Shown here: piece after piece, positions 58,172 to 64,000 of the stretch
How the letters are laid out: each line of letters opens with the position of its first letter
Numbering within the stretch: position 1 is the stretch's first letter
DNA from: an uncultured Actinomycetes bacterium
GTDB lineage: Bacteria > Actinomycetota > UBA4738 > HRBIN12
Assembly: GCA_963704725.1 (NCBI GenBank)
Contig: OY969934.1
Location: forward strand, 1,600,001 to 1,664,000
Reading direction: 5' to 3'
DNA: 64,000 nt
Notes under the pieces: model-generated
What the model saw: only the letters and a program-made list of their open reading frames with translations
Database searches by the model: none
What the model was told of the DNA's origin: nothing
Program-made: the position numbers and the translations under genes

Positions 58172-61100
58172 ATGAGGCGTCCTGCGGTTCGCGCCGCACT
58201 CGTAGCCTTCGCGTTGCTGGTCGCAACGATCGGGTTGACCACCGCCACCGCGGCGTCGCCGAGCTTCCGGGCTCACGGCCTGCGGCCGGCCGGGGACCCG
58301 ATACAGGGCTCGAAGGCTCTGTCCACCCGGCTGGCCCGCACCGACGAGAGCCTGCTGGGATTGACCGGCTCGCGGATGACGCCGGTCATCGTCAAGTTCG
58401 ACTACGACAGCGTCGCGAGCTACGCCGGCGGAGTCGCCGGCCTGCGCGCGACGAGTCCGAGCGTCACGGGCCGGTCGATCGACTCCGCCGACGCCCGAGT
58501 CGCGGCCTACAGCCGATACGTCGCTACGCGCGAGAGCCAGATCGTGTCTTCGATCCGGGCTCGCGTCCCGAACGCCAGGATCGGCACCTCGTTCCGGATG
58601 GCGTACGGCGGCGTGGCGATGCAGGTGCCGGCCAACCGGATCGGCGAGCTCCTGCGCGTTCCGGGCGTCGTCGCCGTTCAGGCGGACCGGCTGCAGCAGC
58701 CGCAGACCGACACGACCCCCCATTTCCTCGGGGCCGATCAGGTCTGGCCGACGCTCGGCGGACAGAACCACGCCGGCGAGAACGTGCTGGTCGGAGTCAT
58801 CGACACGGGCGTGTGGCCTGAGCACCCGTCGTTCGCCGACCCCGGCATCGCCCCGATCCCCGGCTCGTTCGGATGCGAGTTCGGAGACGGCACCGACCCG
58901 CTGCTCGGCGATCCTTTCACCTGCAACGACAAGCTCGTCGGCGCGTACGCGTTCACCGACACCTACCTCTCCGTGTTCGACGCGCTCCCCGGTGAGTTCT
59001 GCGACAACGCGACCAGCACCTGCTCGGCGCGCGACCCCGACGGCCACGGCACCCACACGTCGTCGACGGCCGTCGGCAGTCCCGTCGCGGACGCGACGCT
59101 CTTCGGCATCGACCGCGGCGACATCAGCGGGATGGCGCCCGGCGCGCACCTGATCATGTACCGCGTCTGCCTGGAGCAGGGCTGCTTCGGGTCGGACTCG
59201 GTCGCAGCGGTCAACCAGGCGATCCTGGACGGGGTCCAGGTCATCAACTTCTCGATCAGCGGCGGGGCCAACCCGTACACCGACGCGGTCGAGCTCGCGT
59301 TCCTCGACGCTTACGCGTCGAACATCCTCGTCAACGCCTCGGCCGGCAACGCCGGTCCGGGTGCCTCGACCGCCGACCACGGCGGACCGTGGGTCAACAC
59401 GGTCGGCGCGTCGACCTCGCCCCGTCAGTGGCTGACCACGGCGCACCTGACGGCGGACAACGGCGACACGTTCGACGCCCAGGGAGCGAGCATCACGCCC
59501 GGCATCGCGAGCGACACGCCGGTGGTCTCGGCGGGCGATGTGGCCGGCTACAACGATCCCGAATGCAACGACCCCCTTCCGGCCGGCTCCGTGACCGGGC
59601 AGATCGTCGTGTGCGTCGGGCAGTTCAACCGCAACCTGCGTGTGTTCAACGTCCTGCAGGGCGGCGGCGTCGGGAGCCTCCTGGTGGTTCCGCCGCCCGG
59701 TCCCGGCAACCTGTTCACGGACAACTTCTGGGTCCCGACGGTGACGGTGAACTCGCCGACGCCGGGCATCGACCTGCTGGACTTCGTGGACACCCACACC
59801 GGGATCGTGGCCCACTGGGACACGGGCTCGGCGACGCCGGTCACGCCCGACGTGATGACGAGCTTCTCCTCGCGCGGGCCGACGGGTGACTTCCTGAAGC
59901 CGGACGTCACGGCGCCCGGCATCGAGATCCTGGCGGGCAACACGCCGGAGCCGATCAGCGTGTTCGGCGGGCCTCCGGGCGAGTTCTTCCAGGTCATCGC
60001 GGGGACGTCGATGTCCAGCCCGCACGCCGCGGGCGTGTCGGCGCTCGTGCGGGCCGCGCATCCGGATTGGACGCCCGGTCAGGTGAAGTCGGCGCTCATG
60101 ACATCGGCCGTCACGAACGTGCTCAAGGAGGACGGCGTCACGCCGGCCGACCCGTTCGACGACGGCGCGGGTTCGATCCGGGCCAACCTGGCGGTGAACG
60201 CGGGGCTGACCTTCGACGAGACGGCGGCCGACTACTTCGCCTCGGCCTCCGACCCGCTCGGACGGATCGACCTCAACACCCCGAGCGTCAACGCGCCGCT
60301 GATGCCGGGCGTCGTCACCACGACGCGCACAGGCCTCAACGTCAGCGGCCGCAGCCAGCACTACACGGTCCAGGTCCAGAGTCCTTCGGGCGGGACGATC
60401 TCGGTCTCGCCGTCGTCGTTCACGGTGAAGAAGGACAAGACCGTCACGCTCACGATCACGATCAACGGGACGGCGCTGGCCGAGGGCCAGTACTTCGGCC
60501 GGATCACGCTCAAGCCGCAGGGCACCACGGTGAGCCAGGTCACGATGCCGGTGGCGTTCGTCAAGACCCAGGGCGACGTGACGCTCTCCAACACGTGCGC
60601 GGCGGCGACGATCGCGGTCGGCGGGACGACCTCGTGCCAGGTGACCGCGACCAACCTCGCTCCGGTTTCGACCGGGTACGACCTGAGCCTGGTGGGACCG
60701 GCGAAGAACCGGCTCCAGGTGCAGAACGTCTCGGCGCCGGGTGTTCCGGCGGGTAACGGCTTCACGGCGGCCGGCACGCTGTCGGCCTCCGTGGCGCCGC
60801 TCATCACCGGGATCACCCCGACGGTGGGGCCGGCGCCCGGCTATCTGCCGCTGTCCCTGTTCGGGATCGCGCCGATCGCCGGGATGGGTGACGAGACGCT
60901 GGTCAACTTCAACACCCCCGCGTTCTCGTTCGGGTCCGAGGTGTACAACCGGCTGGCGGTGACCTCGGACGGGTACGCCGTGGTCGGTGGGGGCGGGTCC
61001 GGCGACCTGAACTTCATCCCGCAGACGTTCCCCGACCCCAACGCGCCCAACAACGTCCTCGCCCCGTTCTGGACGGACCTGGACGTGAGTGCGGGCGGCG

Positions 61101-61510
61101 CCGTCAGGATCGGCGTTCTGACCGACGGCGTCGACGACTGGCTCGTGATCGACTGGGAGGGAGTTCCGACGTACGGGACGGCCGACGCCCAATCGTTCGA
61201 GATGTGGATCCAGACGACGGCCGAGGCCATCACGTACTCGTTCGGAACCGTCACGGGCACCGGCGCGTCCGACGGGCTCACCGTCGGCGCCGAGAACCGT
61301 GACGGGTCGAGCGGCGTGAACCTCGGATCGGTGCCCGTTGCCGGCAACGAGTTCGCCATCACCGCAGGCGCACCGACGGCCGGCGGCTCCGTGACGGTCA
61401 CCTACGACGTCCTCGGACGGCGGTCGGGCACCTACGACCTGCTCGCGTCGCTCGAGACCGACATCACGCCGGGGGTGACTACAGCGGTGGCCACGGTCAG
61501 GGTCACCTGA
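58172..61510 (+). CDS. S8 subtilase with I9 propeptide, PA domain and C-terminal beta domains
   Basis: IDTG, HGTHT, SAGN, FSSRGP, KPDVTAPG, GTSMSSPH; signal peptide. Confidence 0.95.
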   Translation: MRRPAVRAALVAFALLVATIGLTTATAASPSFRAHGLRPAGDPIQGSKALSTRLARTDESLLGLTGSRMTPVIVKFDYDSVASYAGGVAGLRATSPSVTGRSIDSADARVAAYSRYVATRESQIVSSIRARVPNARIGTSFRMAYGGVAMQVPANRIGELLRVPGVVAVQADRLQQPQTDTTPHFLGADQVWPTLGGQNHAGENVLVGVIDTGVWPEHPSFADPGIAPIPGSFGCEFGDGTDPLLGDPFTCNDKLVGAYAFTDTYLSVFDALPGEFCDNATSTCSARDPDGHGTHTSSTAVGSPVADATLFGIDRGDISGMAPGAHLIMYRVCLEQGCFGSDSVAAVNQAILDGVQVINFSISGGANPYTDAVELAFLDAYASNILVNASAGNAGPGASTADHGGPWVNTVGASTSPRQWLTTAHLTADNGDTFDAQGASITPGIASDTPVVSAGDVAGYNDPECNDPLPAGSVTGQIVVCVGQFNRNLRVFNVLQGGGVGSLLVVPPPGPGNLFTDNFWVPTVTVNSPTPGIDLLDFVDTHTGIVAHWDTGSATPVTPDVMTSFSSRGPTGDFLKPDVTAPGIEILAGNTPEPISVFGGPPGEFFQVIAGTSMSSPHAAGVSALVRAAHPDWTPGQVKSALMTSAVTNVLKEDGVTPADPFDDGAGSIRANLAVNAGLTFDETAADYFASASDPLGRIDLNTPSVNAPLMPGVVTTTRTGLNVSGRSQHYTVQVQSPSGGTISVSPSSFTVKKDKTVTLTITINGTALAEGQYFGRITLKPQGTTVSQVTMPVAFVKTQGDVTLSNTCAAATIAVGGTTSCQVTATNLAPVSTGYDLSLVGPAKNRLQVQNVSAPGVPAGNGFTAAGTLSASVAPLITGITPTVGPAPGYLPLSLFGIAPIAGMGDETLVNFNTPAFSFGSEVYNRLAVTSDGYAVVGGGGSGDLNFIPQTFPDPNAPNNVLAPFWTDLDVSAGGAVRIGVLTDGVDDWLVIDWEGVPTYGTADAQSFEMWIQTTAEAITYSFGTVTGTGASDGLTVGAENRDGSSGVNLGSVPVAGNEFAITAGAPTAGGSVTVTYDVLGRRSGTYDLLASLETDITPGVTTAVATVRVT

Positions 61511-61534
61511 CGCTGAGTTGACATCCGCTCCACG

Positions 61535-61570
61535 CAGGGGCGGCCCCACGGATCCGTGGGGCCGCCCCTG
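61535..61570. terminator. terminator-like palindrome after the S8 gene
   Basis: perfect 36-bp palindrome CAGGGGCGGCCCCACGGA/TCCGTGGGGCCGCCCCTG. Confidence 0.75.
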
Positions 61571-61628
61571 TCTCGTCGGGCCGCTCCGGCCACCGGATCC
61601 GGCCGGGCGGGCTGCCCTCGACGGTGCC

Positions 61629-61686
61629 TTGACACTGCCTCCGGCGCGGCGATAGCCTCCGGGAGGGGTCCGAAAAGGTTTTCGGA
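61629..61686 (+). promoter_or_regulatory. sigma-A promoter plus LacI-type operator
   Basis: TTGACA (61629) -18 nt- TAGCCT (61653); TCCGAAAA-GG-TTTTCGGA palindrome at 61669-61686. Confidence 0.75.
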
Positions 61687-61702
61687 GACGGAGGGGACTC
61701 GA

Positions 61703-62782
61703 ATCGCCACGATCCGTGAGCTCGCCGAGCAACTGGGCGTCTCGGTGGCAACCGTCTCGAGGGTGCTGAACAACTATCCGGACGTGGCCCCCGAGACCCG
61801 CCGGAAGGTGCTGGCCGCGATCAGGGAACAGGAGTTCACGCCCGATCGGGCTGCTCGGAGCCTCGTGACCGGGCGCAGTCAGGTCATCGGCGTCGTCCTG
61901 TCGACCGGCGTCGGACATCCGGATCTGCAGCATCCGTTCTTCCAGGAGGTGCTGGTGGGGCTCAAGAACTCGCTGGGGGGCCTGGGGTACGACCTCTTGC
62001 TCTTCAGCGTGCCCCCTGCCGAAAACGGTTTCGGGCCCAAGCGGTACCTGAACCGGGCGAAGCACCACCGGGTGGACGGCGTGGCGCTCATGGGCGTGGA
62101 CCGGGAGGATCCCGAGATCAAGGAGCTGGTCTCCTCGGGGCTGCCGTGCATGGCGGTGGACCTGGACCTGCAGGGCGGCCGCACCGGTCACGTCATGTCC
62201 GACAACGTGGAGGGCGGGGCGCTCGCCGTCCGGCATCTGTACGAGCGGGGGCATCGTCGGATCGCGCTGATCGGCGGGCCCGCGCACACGCGGCCGGCCG
62301 TAGACCGCCTCCTCGGCTATCGGCGGGAGCTGCAGCGCCTCGAGCTCACCTATCGACCCGAGTACGTGACCGAGGGTGACTTCTACCCCGAGTCCGGATA
62401 TGCGGCGATGACCGAGCTCCTGGATCTTCGGGAGCCGCCGACGGCCGTCTTCGCCGCGGCTGATCTCATGGCGGCGGGAGCGTTCCAGGCCATCAACGAG
62501 CGCGGGCTCTCCGCACCTCGCGACGTGGCCGTCGTCGGATTCGACGACATCCAGATCGCCCCCCTGCTTCAACCATCCCTGACGACCATCCGGCAGGACA
62601 AGGAGCGCCTCGGTGGCGCGACGGGCGAGGCGCTCGCGCGCCTCATCGAGGATCCCGCACTCGAGCCGCCCACGATCACGGTACCGATCGATCTCGTGAT
62701 TCGGGACTCGACGGCGGGACGCGGCGGGAAGGACGAGGAGGCGTCCGCGAAAGGAAGGAGGCCCAACGATGCGGGCCACTGA
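61703..62782 (+). CDS. LacI-family transcriptional regulator (apparent ATC start)
   Basis: ATIRELAEQLGVSVATVSRVLN HTH, GHRRIA, VVGFDD, LTTIRQ. Confidence 0.9.
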   Translation: MATIRELAEQLGVSVATVSRVLNNYPDVAPETRRKVLAAIREQEFTPDRAARSLVTGRSQVIGVVLSTGVGHPDLQHPFFQEVLVGLKNSLGGLGYDLLLFSVPPAENGFGPKRYLNRAKHHRVDGVALMGVDREDPEIKELVSSGLPCMAVDLDLQGGRTGHVMSDNVEGGALAVRHLYERGHRRIALIGGPAHTRPAVDRLLGYRRELQRLELTYRPEYVTEGDFYPESGYAAMTELLDLREPPTAVFAAADLMAAGAFQAINERGLSAPRDVAVVGFDDIQIAPLLQPSLTTIRQDKERLGGATGEALARLIEDPALEPPTITVPIDLVIRDSTAGRGGKDEEASAKGRRPNDAGH

Positions 62783-62872
62783 CCGATCGCCCCCGGCCCG
62801 CGGGGGGCGCACGCGACGAGTGTCGCGGCAAGAAGGGGAGAGGACGGCAATCGTGAAGGAGGGAAAGGCACC

Positions 62873-64000
62873 ATGCGACGACTGAAGTTCATCGTGCCGA
62901 TCGCCGTGCTGTTGCTGGTGGCGGCGGCGTGTTCCAGCGACGACAACGGGGGAGGCTCGAGCGGCACCACCTCCAGCGGTGGCAACCAGGGCGAGAACAC
63001 CGGCACGGTCAACGTGCTGAACGCCATGGAGCCGGAGGAGTCGACCGCGATCCAGGCGCTCGTGGACGAGCAGCTCGGCAACGTCGACTACACGGCGGAG
63101 ATCGAGGCCTCGGCCGACTTCGAGGAGCAGTTCCAGATCCGCAGCGAGGGCGGCACGCTCGACATCGCCCTGCTGCCCCAGCCGGGCACCGTGGCCGCCC
63201 AGGCCGAGGCCGGCAACCTGGTCTCGCTCGAGGACCTGGGGTTCAACATCGCCGACCTGCAGGCCCTGTTCGGGGACTACTTCTTGTCCCTGGGCGAGTA
63301 CAACGGCAAGCACTACGGGCTGCCCACCAACATCAACCTGAAGTCCATGGTGTGGTACCCCAAGGACGACTTCGACGCCGCCGGCTACACCGTGCCCACC
63401 ACGTGGGACGAGCTGCTGGCGCTGTCGGACCAGATCGTGGCCGACGGGTCCACGCCGTGGTGCGTGGGCTTCGAGTCCGGCGGGGCCACCGGGTGGCCGG
63501 CGACCGACTGGATGGAGGACATCATGCTCCGCACGGCGGGGCCCGACGTCTACGACCAGTGGGTCAACCACGAGATCCCGTTCAACGACCCGGCCGTGGT
63601 GCACGCCGGCGAGGTCTTCGGCGACGTCATGTTCCACGACGGCTACGTGCTGGGTGGAGCCGCCGACACCACCTCGATCGCCTTCGGCGACGCTCCGCTG
63701 CCGATGTTCGACACCCCGCCGGGGTGCTGGCTGCACCGTCAGGCCAGCTTCATCAACGCCTTCTTCCCGGCCGATGCGGTGGCCGGCACCGACTACGACT
63801 GGTTCCCCCTTCCCCCCATCGACCAGGAAGGGACCCTGTTCGCCGGTGAGTTCGCCGTGGTGGGCACGAACGGGAACCGCCCGGAGGTCACGGACTTCCT
63901 GAACCAGTTCATGGCCGAGGGCATCCAGTGCGCCATCGGAGGGGTGACGGCGTCCTCCCGCATCTCGCCCAACATCAACGTCGGCCCGGAGTGCTACGCC
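62873..64000 (+). CDS. sugar ABC substrate-binding lipoprotein (AglE/alpha-glucoside-like), runs off window end
   Basis: lipobox AAAC; PQPG, KSMVWY, WCVGFESGGATGWPATDWMED. Confidence 0.88.
   Translation, partial: MRRLKFIVPIAVLLLVAAACSSDDNGGGSSGTTSSGGNQGENTGTVNVLNAMEPEESTAIQALVDEQLGNVDYTAEIEASADFEEQFQIRSEGGTLDIALLPQPGTVAAQAEAGNLVSLEDLGFNIADLQALFGDYFLSLGEYNGKHYGLPTNINLKSMVWYPKDDFDAAGYTVPTTWDELLALSDQIVADGSTPWCVGFESGGATGWPATDWMEDIMLRTAGPDVYDQWVNHEIPFNDPAVVHAGEVFGDVMFHDGYVLGGAADTTSIAFGDAPLPMFDTPPGCWLHRQASFINAFFPADAVAGTDYDWFPLPPIDQEGTLFAGEFAVVGTNGNRPEVTDFLNQFMAEGIQCAIGGVTASSRISPNINVGPECYA

Noticed and set aside
58079-63736. 1885-aa minus-strand ORF, and similar giants at 28407-32480, 41320-44196 and 36752-39079
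   Set aside because: Antisense shadows of well-supported genes; high GC3 suppresses stops, and no recognisable motifs are present

Overview
High-GC chromosomal segment, probably from a deep-branching Actinomycetota (inferred from gene order and promoter style). The backbone is the conserved phoH-ybeY-corC-cdd-era…recO-uppS-glyQS…ppdK-dgt-dnaG-rpoD-tRNA-Asn…tRNA-Ile2 region, interrupted by accessory blocks. The most unusual block (15.9-22.1 kb) is an operon encoding a GltD/DsrL-like Fe-S flavoprotein, a split b6-type cytochrome b plus subunit IV, a Rieske protein, and a cytochrome c ORF that continues into four apparently identical 375-bp type-1 copper (cupredoxin) repeats. Other blocks: a 2.5-kb integrase-less islet bounded by a 30-bp duplication of the tRNA(CAT) 3' end and carrying an AbiE toxin-antitoxin pair; a Hen1-Pnkp RNA-repair operon; VapBC; a LuxR-AAA/DUF4242/delta-60-repeat module; ArsR-ArsC/ArsC genes; a GH38 mannosidase; a large S8 protease; and a LacI gene with an apparent ATC start ahead of a sugar ABC binding protein. 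Many genes appear leaderless. No CRISPR array, rRNA, transposase or integrase was seen. Start codons were adjusted by eye, and product calls rest on motif recognition, not database searches.
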